A stretch of DNA of 64,000 nucleotides from Macrostomum hystrix (Eukaryota; Animalia; Platyhelminthes), in the NCBI GenBank assembly GCA_950097015.1, contig CATNEN010000038.1, positions 31,000,001 through 31,064,000 of the forward strand. Direction: 5' to 3'. This document shows, piece by piece, positions 34,830 through 47,499 of this stretch. Position 1 is the first letter of the stretch; every line of letters begins with the position of its first letter. Position numbers and translations under genes: made by a program. The notes beneath the pieces were generated by a model. The model ran no database searches. It had not been told where the DNA came from and saw only the letters and a program-made list of their open reading frames with translations.

Positions 34830-35640
34830 CTATCTACCCTTCTGACTCTCTACCCTTCTGACTGTCTACCCTTCTGACTGTCTACCCTTCTGACTATCTA
34901 CCCTTCTGACTCTCTACCCTTCTGACTCTCTACCCTTCTGACTGTCTACCCTTCTGACTGTCTACCCTTCTGATTGTCTACCCTTCTGACTCTCTACCCT
35001 TCTAACTGTCTACCCTTCTGACTCTCTACCCTTCTGACTCTCTACCCTTCTGACTGTCTACCCTTCTGACTGTCTACCCTTCTAACTGTCTACCCTTCTG
35101 ACTCTCTACCCTTCTGACTCTCTACCCTTCTGACTGTCTACCCTTCTGACTGTCTACCCTTCTGACTGTCTACCCTTCTGACTATCTACCCTTCTGACTC
35201 TCTACCCTTCTGACTCTCTACCCTTCTGACTGTCTACCCTTCTGACTGTCTACCCTTCTGACTCTCTACCCTTCTGACTCTCTACCCTTCTAACTGTCTA
35301 CCCTTCTGACTCTCTACCCTTCTGACTCTCTACCCTTCTGACTGTCTACCCTTCTGACTGTCTACCCTTCTAACTGTCTACCCTTCTGACTCTCTACCCT
35401 TCTGACTCTCTACCCTTCTGACTGTCTACCCTTCTGACTGTCTACCCTTCTGACTGTCTACCCTTCTGATTGTCTACCCTTCTGACTCTCTACCCTTCTA
35501 ACTGTCTACCCTTCTGACTCTCTACCCTTCTGACTCTCTACCCTTCTGACTCTACCCTTCTGACTCTACCCTTCTGACTCTCTACCCTTCTGACTCTACC
35601 CTTCTGACTCTACCCTTCTGACTCTCTACCCTTCTGACTT
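34830..35640. repeat. 16-bp pyrimidine-rich minisatellite
   Basis: Tandem TCTACCCTTCTGACT(C/G). Confidence 0.95.
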
Positions 35641-35854
35641 TCCTTCCATTTCTCTCTTCTAACATTTTGTGTACCAAATATTGTCTTAATTTTCCAGTCT
35701 TATGATTGCATGCGTATACTTATATGATAATAAAATGTTAACAATACTACTAGAAAGTACTGTAGAGAACTGTACGAAATATCAGTCTTTTTTACTAGAG
35801 CTTTAAAATAGTTTTAATCAACTGAAAGCATTGTGATGACAAAGTTCATCCAGA

Positions 35855-36061
35855 GTTCTCAAGAGCACACAAACACAGGTGTGTACATCCAACCTGACAT
35901 TCTCATCTTCAGGCAGCGTACACTCTCACTTTGGAGGTCGACCATTTTCAAGCCTTCTCTCCGCGGCTGCTCCCAAAATGAATATGGCCCCGCCGCGGAA
36001 TCGAGCTCACGGACCTTGTTGCGAGAGGCGAACGCGTTAATCGCTCTGCCACTCACGCCCC
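35855..36061 (-). mobile_element. SINE family 2 fragment
   Basis: CGCCGCGGAATCGAGCTCA...GCGAACGCGTTA...CTCTGCCACTCAC matches 31097-31165. Confidence 0.7.
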
Positions 36062-36448
36062 GTTTATATTTATGGGTTATATTTCTAGCCTATATAGAAG
36101 ACTGTACATTTATACAATCCTGTGCATTTCTGGGCATAACACTCGCAGGCAAGTTCTGTCAAGCAAAAGCTATGTGATAAATTATCCGTTCATTCTTCTA
36201 TAAGTGTCTCACTATGCATTTACCCACCCCTTGTACTGTCCTATACCAAGCTTGCAATGCGCACATTTTGATTAGACAACTACAAATATGATAAGAAGTC
36301 TAAAAGAGAGAGTATTGCGTACTGAAGTCTACAAAAAGGGTAAGTGGTTAAATACCGTAAAGAATATTTGTTGTTACTGCCAGGTTTTCGTAAATTTGAT
36401 ACTCGAAGTACTACAATAATAAAAATATAGCTTCTTTTAATTTGCAGA

Positions 36449-37888
36449 ATGTCCGTCAGTCTGTTCAACAGCACTCCATTTCATCTGGAGATCGAAGTCT
36501 GCGAGCGAGGCGGAGGTGTGAAGGCCAGGTTTCATTTGAACCCCGTCAAAGACCGCTCCTTGTTGATTCAGAACGAGACCATGCAGCTGGAGCGTCCATT
36601 GCTACGAATCAAAGCAAACGACTCGCTTGGGAAAACACTGAAATCAGTGGAATTCTACACCCAATGCAACCACTCGTGGATCATTTCTGACAGTGAAGTC
36701 AGGCGCCAATTGAGTGACTCGCAGTTGCACGTTTCCGATTGCTATTCCGAGAAAGAGAAGGAGAGCTACTACTGCTGGGATCCAGACTACAAGTGGAAGT
36801 ACTGCAGAGAGATAAAACAGTACAGTTGGGATGCTGTCGGAGGAATTCCTTGCCTCTGCATCGGTGCTGTTGATACCTGCCATCCGGCCTTCAAGATGGT
36901 CGTCAAGACGGAAGCACTCGCAACTCATCGCTCTGGTGACAGTGCAGCAAACAAGAAAACAATCAACATATTCAACGACTCGCCATACTATCTGGACATC
37001 AGCATGGAGGACAGATCAAGTCATCGGCTGTACTGGAATGATCCAGAGAGTAATCGGGTGACTCCGCTCCAGACCAATGACGCTTATCCCCTCATAAAAA
37101 TCACCGCATGCGACTCCATCGGTCAGCAGGTGAAGAGCGCCTCATTCTACACTAGGAACGACTTCTCCTGGGTGGTGACAGACGAGTGCATTGTGCGGCA
37201 GAAGCCAGGAGCTGCTCCGTACGCTGCACTGCCATATGAGGCTAGTCAGATCATCTCCGAATGCAGTAGGGATAGGTGCGACGAAGCGATGCGGTACAAC
37301 TGGTTGATCGACACCGACAAGGACTTGACGCTGCGTAGAATGGACGAGCCAGGCGATAGCAGCTTGACGATGGGCAGTGCTGAAGAGCAGCGTGTGACAG
37401 AAGATCACGAGCCGGGTGGTGTTTTCTTCGACATGGCCCATCCCAGTGGATTCAGCAGCATGACAGCCAAAGAGAGCAAAGCTGCTCATGAGTTAGTGGA
37501 ATGGATAACATTCGATCGACTGTGCCGAGGAAAGGCTGGAACCCTGTATGAGGAAAGCAATTTTCGGTTGGACTTGCAGAGAATCCAAAGCGAGCCTCGA
37601 CCATATACGGTGTTTGCTATTCAGTCGGGAAACAGACATTTCGCTACCGTCTACATTCACAATGACTTAATCAATGGCGGAAAAATAGCAAACGGTGTTT
37701 TGCGCAAAGCCTTCACAATGTCACTACTTGATGGTAAGGAGATCTGGATATCCGTCGATTCAGCGGGTGACAAGCCGCCAACTGGACCTCCCGTTGGCGA
37801 TGCAAAAATGCAGTTCAAGCTAGTGCTTAGTATCAAGGACGTCGGTAATAATCGCGTGCGCATATGGCGTCGAGATGATCGAAAGTAG
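36449..37888 (+). CDS. Uncharacterised 479-aa single-exon ORF with an N-terminal tandem domain duplication
   Basis: Long non-repetitive ORF in AT-rich flanks; acceptor-like TTTAATTTGCAG directly before the ATG; no family recognised. Confidence 0.8.
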   Translation: MSVSLFNSTPFHLEIEVCERGGGVKARFHLNPVKDRSLLIQNETMQLERPLLRIKANDSLGKTLKSVEFYTQCNHSWIISDSEVRRQLSDSQLHVSDCYSEKEKESYYCWDPDYKWKYCREIKQYSWDAVGGIPCLCIGAVDTCHPAFKMVVKTEALATHRSGDSAANKKTINIFNDSPYYLDISMEDRSSHRLYWNDPESNRVTPLQTNDAYPLIKITACDSIGQQVKSASFYTRNDFSWVVTDECIVRQKPGAAPYAALPYEASQIISECSRDRCDEAMRYNWLIDTDKDLTLRRMDEPGDSSLTMGSAEEQRVTEDHEPGGVFFDMAHPSGFSSMTAKESKAAHELVEWITFDRLCRGKAGTLYEESNFRLDLQRIQSEPRPYTVFAIQSGNRHFATVYIHNDLINGGKIANGVLRKAFTMSLLDGKEIWISVDSAGDKPPTGPPVGDAKMQFKLVLSIKDVGNNRVRIWRRDDRK

Positions 37889-38444
37889 ATTTAAAAGGGA
37901 AAAACTTCGTGCTACGTATTTAATTCCACTAGTTTAGATATGTGTCATGCAATTTAAGCTTGTTTTGACAATATTACTAAATGTTGATTTGGATAATTTT
38001 AATAAGTGTCGAAAAGTATATACGATTAGTGTAATGTATTTGCCTATCTATTTTTCTATCTGTCTATCTAATAAATCAATCAATAAGTCAAGTAAAAGTT
38101 CGCGCGCTGCTTCAGCACTCTAGATGATTTAGCATAGTTTCAAACGGAGGCCTTGAATTTCATTTTCATTACATTAGGGCAGTTTAAAACGGAACAAAAT
38201 GAAAACGAAAATTTGAACCAGACGAAACATTTGATATGATAATATGCAAACACTTCCCGTTTTAAACATTAGCGGCAGAAATGTATTTGGATTACTAAAT
38301 TACGCTACAATAGAGCCACAAAACTAGCTTTTGTGGCTTTTAGATCAATTAAGGTATATTAGTTTATTCTAAGACACGTCATTCCTAACGATGCATTTAT
38401 TTCGAGTCGGAGTGTTTTCCGATAATCAATAATCGATTTAGTGT

Positions 38445-39570
38445 ACGAGTTTTGTGGGGTTAGACCGCGGAGTGGCTTCGTACATTTGGGGTAGGAGGGG
38501 TAGGAGTTTGGTAGGGTTAGGCTGCGGAGTGGCTGCGTACATTTGGGGTAGGAGTTTTGTAGGGTTAGGCTGCGGAGTGGCTGCGTACATTTAGGGTAGG
38601 AGTTTTGTAGGGTTAGGCTGCGGAGTGGCTTCGTACATTTGGGGTAGGAGTTTTGTAGGGTTAGGCTGCGGAGTGGCTGAGTACATTTGGGGTAGGAGTT
38701 TTGTAGGGTTAGGCTGCGGAGTGGCTTCGTACATTTGGGGTAGGAGTTTTGTAGGGTTAGGCTGCGGAGTGGCTTCGTACATTTGGGGTAGGAGTTTTGT
38801 AGGGTTAGGCTGCGGAGTGGCTTCGTACATTTGGGGTAGGAGTTTTGTAGGGTTAGGCTGCGGAGTGGCTTCGTACATTTGGGGTAGGAGTTTTGTAGGG
38901 TTAGGCTGCGGAGTGGCTTCGTACATTTGGGGTAGGAGTTTTGTAGGGTTAGGCTGCGGAGTGGCTGAGTACATTTGGGGTAGGAGTTTTGTAGGGTTAG
39001 GCTGCGGAGTGGCTTCGTACATTTGGGGTAGGAGTTTTGTAGGGTTAGGCTGCGGAGTGGCTGAGTACATTTGGGGTAGGAGTTTTGTAGGGTTAGGCTG
39101 CGGAGTGGCTGAGTACATTTGGGGTAGGAGTTTTGTAGGGTTAGGCTGCGGAGTGGCTGAGTACATTTGGGGTAGGAGTTTTGTAGGGTTAGGCTGCGGA
39201 GTGGCTTCGTACATTTGGGGTAGGAGTTTTGTAGGGTTAGGCTGCGGAGTGGCTTCGTACATTTGGGGTAGGAGTTTTGTAGGGTTAGGCTGCGGAGTGG
39301 CTTCGTACATTTGGGGTAGGAGTTTTGTAGGGTTAGGCTGCGGAGTGGCTTCGTACATTTGGGGTAGGAGTTTTGTAGGGTTAGGCTGCGGAGTGGCTGA
39401 GTACATTTGGGGTAGGAGTTTTGTAGGGTTAGGCTGCGGAGTGGCTTCGTACATTTGGGGTAGGAGTTTTGTAGGGTTAGGCTGCGGAGTGGCTGAGTAC
39501 ATTTGGGGTAGGAGTTTTGTAGGGTTAGGCTGCGGAGTGGCTACGTACATTTGGGCTGGAGTTTGATGTG
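38445..39570. repeat. 48-bp G-rich minisatellite
   Basis: Tandem GTGGCT(TC/GA)GTACATTTGGGGTAGGAGTTTTGTAGGGTTAGGCTGCGGA. Confidence 0.95.
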
Positions 39571-39766
39571 GTTTGGCCTTTGAGTGGCTGCGTAACATGA
39601 TGCTTTAGCAGAAGTCGTTGCACTTTAAGAATGTACTTCGTAAACAAATACGCATACAGAAACTGCTAATAAAAATTCAACGAATTGAAAATTGCCCAGA
39701 CTTAGTTAGGACTTAATCATGTGTGTCAAAGAAGTCCACTTGACGGATTGATAATTTTTCCGATTT

Positions 39767-41887
39767 CTAATCGCGGCTAGTCTCGCCCTTGGCGGCTTGG
39801 CCGGACCTCAGTCTAGCTCGATAGTTGATCCACAGACGGTGCAGCAGCTCTTTGAGCACTGGTTCGCCAGCGTTTTTACCAATCATACGCAAAATGAAAG
39901 CTCCGTCGGAGTCCACGTGATCGTTGAAGAATCGGTCGCGATCGGCCCTAGTAGAGCTGTCGATCGATGATAGATCGGCGTCGTCAAAAGAAGCGGATGC
40001 GGCGGCGGCGGCGGAAGTTCTGGACAGTTTCGCGATTTCAACAGATTCCAGCAGGCGTTTCAGGGTGGCGAATCGCCTGTTGGGCAGGAAGGCCCAGGCC
40101 AGCCAGAAGAGTGCGTCCAGGATAGTTACCACGGACACGAACAGCAGCATGAACCAGAGAAAGATAAATATCTGCGTGAGTGAGAGTAGGCAAGGAGAGA
40201 GTAGAGTGGGGAGATAGAGAAGTGTAGAGAGGAGAGTGAGAGGTGGAGACAGGAAAATGAGAAGTGGAGACGGAGATTGAGAAGTGGAGATGGGAATGTG
40301 AGAAGTGGAGATGGGAGTATGAGAAGTGGAGACAGGAGAGTGAGAAAGGGAGACAGTGGTGTGAGAAGTGGAGACGGAGAGTGAGAAGTGGTACAGGAGA
40401 GTGAGGTGAGTGAGAAGTGGAATGAAGAATTAGAGTAAGGAAAAAATAAAAGAAAGAGAAGTTCTTTTAAGAGAATAGGGTAAAACTATTAAAGATCATG
40501 CGCAAATGTTTTAACCAATTAACCTTTTCATTGAGTAGGTTGACGACCAGAACGCACTGCAGAGTCCTCGGGTGGCTGTTGCCAATGACGCGCACATTAA
40601 AGTCGCACAGAGTCACCCTGGGGAAGTGCCCCGAGTGGCGCCAGTCGCGATTGTGCCAGAGATCGTGCAGCACCCCCAGACCATAGAAGTTGTAATCTGT
40701 GCCGAGGAAGGCGTTTAGCAGAAAGAATTGGCCGACAACGTTGGCGATGTACAGCAGCTTGATGGTCAGGTAGACATTGATGAGGTACCTGCCGTAGGCT
40801 GCCTTGCCAATCAGCAGGTACCGAATTAGCACCTGCTTCAGGTTGTGGTAAAACCCGGAGTCCTTGCCGCTCTTCTTCACGATGGAAGTTTGGAAGTGCC
40901 AGGCCAAGCTCTTCACCTTCTCGTCGCGCTTGTCTGGATTGTCGTCGATGCAGTTGACGGCCATGCCGACCAGTGTCTTGATCTGGACGCCTGTGGCGAG
41001 GCGTTGGACTAGCACTGACACAATGGATTCACAAACACTGACACAATGAATTCACAAACACTGACACAATGGACACACAAACGCTGACACAATGGACACA
41101 CAAACGCTGACACAATGGACACACAAACGCTGACACAATGGACACACAAACGCTGACACAATGGACACACAAACACTGACACAATGGACACACAAACGCT
41201 GACACAATGGACACACAAACGCTGACACAATGGACACACAAACACTGACACAATAGACACACAAACACTGACACAATAGACACACAAACACTGACACAAT
41301 GGACACACAAACGCTGACACAATAGACACACAAACACTGACACAATAGACACACAAACACTGACACAATGGACGCACATTGTGTCAAACAATGGGGCAGC
41401 ACATCAGATTCTCGCACTAAAGTCCCCCAGTTCGCAGCCACGCAGAGAACACTTAGTTTGCGCATTTGAAGGTGAATAAATTACCAGACTGCCAATTAAG
41501 CAGCTTCCAGATGACGCTAGGCAGGTAAAACAACAGCGCCTGAACGGCCAGCATGAACGGCACCCACTGATAGTACTTGAGCTCCTCGCTTTTCCTATCA
41601 ACCTGGTCTCCGGGAATGCTGCCATTGGGCGGTACAAAGTAGGTGTTCTTCAGCCAGCAGTAAGTTTCGGCGTACTGCTCCCAGGCCGGCTTGAACTCTG
41701 GCGGAATCCAGCACTGAACCGGGTCGCCGATGAGGTACATCTTGGTCATGACAATGGACGACATGATCACAATTAGCACAGGAGCATAGTAAGAGTTGAT
41801 TCTGTCAATGGCGTCGTCATCGGAGATGCGGTGCTTCCGACTGGTGAATTTGAAGCCGCTGACCGCCTTAAAGAATCCTGTGTCCAT
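39767..41887 (-). CDS. Innexin (gap-junction protein); exons 41887-41485, 40990-40524, 40171-39767; 424 aa
   Basis: DDDAIDRIN, GDPVQCW, YCW, YYQWVP, FPRVTLCDF, QCVLVVNLLNEK|IFIFLWF; GT-AG introns in consistent phase. Confidence 0.95.
41015..41375. repeat. 23-bp minisatellite in innexin intron 1
   Basis: Tandem GACACAATGGACACACAAAC(A/G)CT. Confidence 0.92.
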
Positions 41888-43062
41888 TGAGGACTGGAAG
41901 ATTTCTCGAACGACACTAGGCGAATGCTCAGGTTTCAACACTTCCAATTGCTGTCTCTGCCGGCTTAATGCCGTCCCGCCTTAATTAGTAAGGTTTGTAT
42001 CGGGTTAAACTCTTATCTGTATAGCTTCTTCTAAAGATTCACGCATTCTCTCCAATGCGACTAGCCGTTAACTGCTCTTTATCGGAAAATTCTACTTCTT
42101 TACCATGGAGAGACACGTGACAAGCTTGTGTGGAAGATTGCTTCATTGTGCACAGCTCTTGGAGATAAAACCATGAAGGCGGAAAGCTATAGACAGCGAG
42201 GCAGAAGACACCAAGTACAGTCTTTAAGGGGCTGTAGCCTAGTGGACTCACGACTTAAACGTCGGGGGTTCGATTCTCGACTGGGTACCAGAATTAGCTG
42301 TGCTGCTTCTGGGCCAACTCTTTGTTGCGCATCTTCTGAAACAAGAATCAAGTCACCAGCTCTCTTTAGACCGTCGAGATATTCAACGGTTCTGGCGGAA
42401 GGTCTGATTTTTCCCATAAGAGCCCCTTATCCTATCATACACCCCTATTCACGATTTAGCACTGCGCCTCAGTGCGGCCTTGCCAGGCCTTTAAAATTAA
42501 TCAGCATGCCACCCGAATGTGCCTGCATCATCTCCGTCTTCGGTGGTCCAGCAAGAAGGACTTGCTGGACCTACAAGGGCAACAACAGGTGGAACTAGGC
42601 CACAATGGACACCCTGACGCGACTTTCTCAAATTTCACTGATTAAGCTAAAATACTAGGAGCAGCTCGACAACAAGACACCATCGCCAAGTCTGTCAGCC
42701 AATCAGTCAGCCAGTCAGTCGCCATTGCCACCGCCAGTACATGTGATCCCACGGAATTGGGTGTGAATTCTAGTTCACATATCGGTTATAAACAAATCAA
42801 TCAATGAAGGATTTTAATTATAACAAGCAAACGTTAAGGATTCAGATGAGAAATAGATGAAAGCCAGTTACTTTACACATTTCGATATATATTATTTATT
42901 AACTAAATGAATAACTGTAAACGTAAAGCTGAAATTTGATAAAATAAACAAAATGCGAATTTTAGACAACATATAATAATTATTGGCAAATATATCTACA
43001 AACATGAGTTTATTTGGTTACATTCTGTCATTGGAATTATTTGGACAGCAATTAGGACCAGA

Positions 43063-44811
43063 TCAAACATCCCTCCTGCCAGCAGCCGGGAACACAAAAC
43101 AACCCGGCTGCGACTGTGCACACCTGCCAGGATCTTCAATGGCTGCCAGCACAGCCTTGGCCAGACAGCCGTGGACCTCATCAATCGAAGCATCAGCGTT
43201 GACAGTCAGCCAGCGGTTGCCGCCGTCTCCATCCTGCAGGCGCATCAGCTTGGCGTAGGCGTCGGCAACTCGGCGTTGAAATTCGGCCACTTCGTAGCGC
43301 TCGGCGCCGAAGCCACCACGGCTGGCCTGAGCCTCCGGGCTTAACGATAGGAAGATCTGGCACAGGGGACGGGAATGGGATTCTGATAGAGATCAACATT
43401 CCCGATCCCCATACTGTTATATAACATCCCTATTTCCAATGTCCTGTAATATCCCATAAGGTCCGTCTTGTAAGATACCGTATTCCCATCTTGTATTTCA
43501 CTATCCTATTCTCTCTTATCAATTTGTGTCATCCAATACCTCTATCTCTATCTATTTGCAGGGGGGCCTGGGGCACTTGTACCACAAGCGACGGAGCGGC
43601 ACGCCCCCAGACCGGCGAACTATACGCTTAGCGCCCATCGCGCCGCCTCCCCTGAGCAGGCACCACACACAGCAGCACAGACCAGCCGGGGAGGGCAGGA
43701 GGCACCCAGAATAGGCAGCAGTGCCCCCACCCCAGCCCCACACGCACAGAGCAGACCAAGCCGGGGCGGAAGGCTGATAAGAAATCAGTCCTCAGGGGGG
43801 GCCGGGTGATGAGTGTACACTTATCCAATCGCGCTGACGGAAATCCAGAAAGCGCGCGGCGGTGTACACCCGCTCCTCAGCCACCCCCCAAGGCCTCACG
43901 CCCCAGCGCCAACGCACACAACTCACAGAACAGGCACACAGAAGGTAGGAGCGAAGCTATTATTTCAAGCTTTGATTGCACAAAATATGGTGCACCTCCG
44001 CCGGTCGCTACTGTCCAAACCCCTCAACAAGTCCCGAAATTAATCGTGACTTGAAGGGAGAATCGAACTAGCGTCTATTGGAGTGCGAGGCAGCGACGCT
44101 AGCCGCTGACCCACTCGCCCCCTCGGAATCCAATACCTAATGATACCCTAATCCAATATCCAATGATACCCTAATCCAATGTCCAATACCCAATGATACC
44201 CTATTCCAATACCCAATGATACCCTATTCCAATACCCAATGATACCCTATTCCAATATCCAATGATACCCTATTCCAATACCCAATGATACCCTATTCCA
44301 ATACCCAATGATACCCTATTCCAATACCCAATGATACCCTATTCCAATACCGAATGATACGCCAATCCAATATCCAATTATACGCTAATCCATTGCCCAA
44401 TAAGCAGCAGTGGCTCACCTTCAGATCAGGCGCGGGTAGACCCACCTCCGGCATGCAGCACCAGTCAAAGTCAGGTCCAGCCGCCTTAGCCGATGTGAAC
44501 GCGATGCCACTATAAGAGTAGCGATCGCACAGTATGTTAACGCCGCTAGCTAATGTGCTCAAAATTTTCGACCGAAACTCCCAACGATTGGCTGAGAACA
44601 GCAGGTGTACTGCGTGATCGTCTAGATCGATTTTGTTTTCCAAATACTGGCCAATCAGATTTCCGATGGCAGAATCGCGCTCCGGAAAGCGCATTAGTTG
44701 AGTGCTGTGCCCCAGATTGTTCAGGTAGTCCACCAACTTGCGGCATTGGGTGGACTTTCCAGCCCTGTCCATGCCCTCTAGCACTATGAATAGGCCGCGT
44801 TTGGTTGTCAT
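43063..44811 (-). CDS. DTYMK: Thymidylate (dTMP) kinase; exons 44811-44419 and 43356-43063; ~228 aa
   Basis: P-loop LEGMDRAGKSTQ, RFPER, HLLFSANRWE, DRYSYSG, PAPDL, RGGFGAERYE; phase-0 GT-AG intron. Confidence 0.93.
43540..44125 (-). mobile_element. tRNA-headed SINE-like insertion in the DTYMK intron
   Basis: Minus head GGGGCGAGTGGGTCAGCGGCTAGCG...AGTTCGATTCTC; simple-repeat-like tail; ends approximate. Confidence 0.55.
44130..44400. repeat. 23-bp minisatellite in the DTYMK intron
   Basis: Tandem CCAATACCCAATGATACCCTATT. Confidence 0.9.
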
Positions 44812-44929
44812 GGCAACTGAAAGGTTAGGTAAGACACCAGGTGAAACAATTAGCAGTGAAATAGGTGAAATAGTGAGGCAGTGAGACACCATTATTTCAC
44901 TGGTGCATCCCTGTATGAGGTAACAGTGA

Positions 44930-47080
44930 TACAGTAGGACTGTACAGGTGAGACAGTAGGACAGCACAGGTGATACAGAATGAAAAGCACAGGTGAGACA
45001 GTAGGACAGCACAGGTGAGACAGTAGGACAGCACAGGTGAGACAGTAGGACAGCACAGGTGAGACAGAAAGACAGCACAGGTGAGACAGTAGGACAGCAC
45101 AGGTGAGACAGAAAGACAGCACAGGTGAGACAGAAAGACAGCACAGGTGAGACAGAAAGACAGCACAGGTGAGACAGTAGGACAGCACAGGTGAAACAGT
45201 AGGACAGCACAGGTGAGACAGTAGGACAGCACAGGTGAAACAGTAGGACAGCACAGGTGAAACAGTAGGACAGCACAGGTGAGACAGAAAGACAGCACAG
45301 GTGAGACAGTAGGACAGCACAGGTGAAACAGTAGGACAGCACAGGTGAGACAGAAAGACAGCACAGGTGAGACAGTAGGACAGCACAGGTGAAACAGTAG
45401 GACAGCACAGGTGAGACAGTAGGACAGCACAGGTGAGACAGAAAGACAGCACAGGTGAGACAGTAGGACAGCACAGGTGAGACAGAAAGACAGCACAGGT
45501 GAGACAGAAAGACAGCACAGGTGAGACAGTAGGACAGCACAGGTGAAACAGTAGGACAGCACAGGTGAGACAGTAGGACAGCACAGGTGAAACAGTAGGA
45601 CAGCACAGGTGAAACAGTAGGACAGCACAGGTGAGACAGAAAGACAGCACAGGTGAGACAGTAGGACAGCACAGGTGAAACAGTAGGACAGCACAGGTGA
45701 GACAGAAAGACAGCACAGGTGAGACAGTAGGACAGCACAGGTGAAACAGTAGGACAGCACAGGTGAGACAGTAGGACAGCACAGGTGAGACAGAAAGACA
45801 GCACAGGTGAGACAGTAGGACAGCACAGGTGAGACAGAAAGACAGCACAGGTGAGACAGAAAGACAGCACAGGTGAGACAGTAGGACAGCACAGGTGAAA
45901 CAGTAGCACAGCACAGGTGAGACAGTAGGACAGCACAGGTGAAACAGTAGGACAGCACAGGTGAGACAGTAGGACAGCACAGGTGAGACAGAAAGACAGC
46001 ACAGGTGAGACAGTAGGACAGCACAGGTGAGACAGAAAGACAGCACAGGTGAGACAGAAAGACAGCACAGGTGAGACAGTAGGACAGCACAGGTGAAACA
46101 GTAGCACAGCACAGGTGAGACAGTAGGAGAGCACAGGTGAGACAGAAAGACAGCACAGGTGAGACAGTAGGACAGCACAGGTGAAACAGTAGGACAGCAC
46201 AGGTGAGACAGAAAGACAGCACAGGTGAGACAGTAGGACAGCACAGGTGAAACAGTAGGACAGCACAGGTGAGACAGTAGGACAGCACAGGTGAGACAGA
46301 AAGACAGCACAGGTGAGACAGTAGGACAGCACAGGTGAGACAGAAAGACAGCACAGGTGAGACAGAAAGACAGCACAGGTGAGACAGTAGGACAGCACAG
46401 GTGAAACAGTAGGACAGCACAGGTGAGACAGTAGGACAGCACAGGTGAGACAGTAGGACAGCACAGGTGAAACAGTAGGACAGCACAGGTGAGACAGAAA
46501 GACAGCACAGGTGAGACAGTAGGACAGCACAGGTGAAACAGTAGCACAGCACAGGTGAGACAGTAGGAGAGCACAGGTGAAACAGTAGGACAGCACAGGT
46601 GAGACAGTAGGACAGCACAGGTGAGACAGAAAGACAGCACAGGTGAGACAGTAGGACAGCACAGGTGAGACAGAAAGACAGCACAGGTGAGACAGAAAGA
46701 CAGCACAGGTGAGACAGTAGGACAGCACAGGTGAAACAGTAGGACAGCACAGGTGAGACAGAAAGACAGCACAGGTGAGACAGTAGGACAGCACAGGTGA
46801 AACAGTAGGACAGCACAGGTGAGACAGTAGGACAGCACAGGTGAAACAGTAGGACAGCACAGGTGAGACAGTAGGACAGCACAGGTGAAACAGTAGGACA
46901 GCACAGGTGAGACAGTAGGACAGCACAGGTGAGACAGAAAGACAGCACAGGTGAGACAGTAGGACAGCACAGGTGAGACAGAAAGACAGCACAGGTGAGA
47001 CAGAAGGACAGCACAGGTGAGACAGTAGGACAGCACTTGTGACACAGTAGGACAGCAGTGGAAAAGCACAGGTGAGACAA
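44930..47080. repeat. 22-bp minisatellite upstream of the DTYMK acceptor
   Basis: Tandem ACAGCACAGGTGA(G/A)ACAG(TAG/AAA)G. Confidence 0.95.
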
Positions 47081-47499
47081 CCAGCATAATAGTAAATAAA
47101 GTAAAAACAACAAAATGAGAAATTTCCGATTCCATAGCAAATATATTTCTCAGTCGCATTCAGAGCTAAATCAGCTTAGTAAGACAAAACTTGGTTGCTG
47201 AAAATGCCAAAAGTGGTTTGTTGCAAAGTCAAGCAGCTGGATGAAACAAATTGCGCCTCTGTTAAAGTTTGGAAATCTCAAAAGATGTTAACAACTAATT
47301 TAAAAAAGCATTATGATTGAACAATTCCTGAAAAAACCTGAACCAACAACTTATAAAGGATTTCATATTAAATAACACGAATCATAAGAGTCAAATAGTT
47401 TTTATTTCATTTTTATATTCATAGATGAGATGAAAAAAATCTAAACAGGGACTGGAGACTATCGGGATTATGTCTATTCGGAATTGAGAATATTTAAAA

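Noticed and set aside
38591-39598. 16-aa repeat proteins on both strands
   Set aside because: A 48-bp satellite is a multiple of 3; no unique coding sequence or gene context.
44293-47159. 700-900-aa Cys/Leu-rich ORFs, one apparently fused to DTYMK
   Set aside because: They are translations of a stop-free 22-bp satellite open in all three frames. The real start is ATG 44811, behind a splice acceptor.
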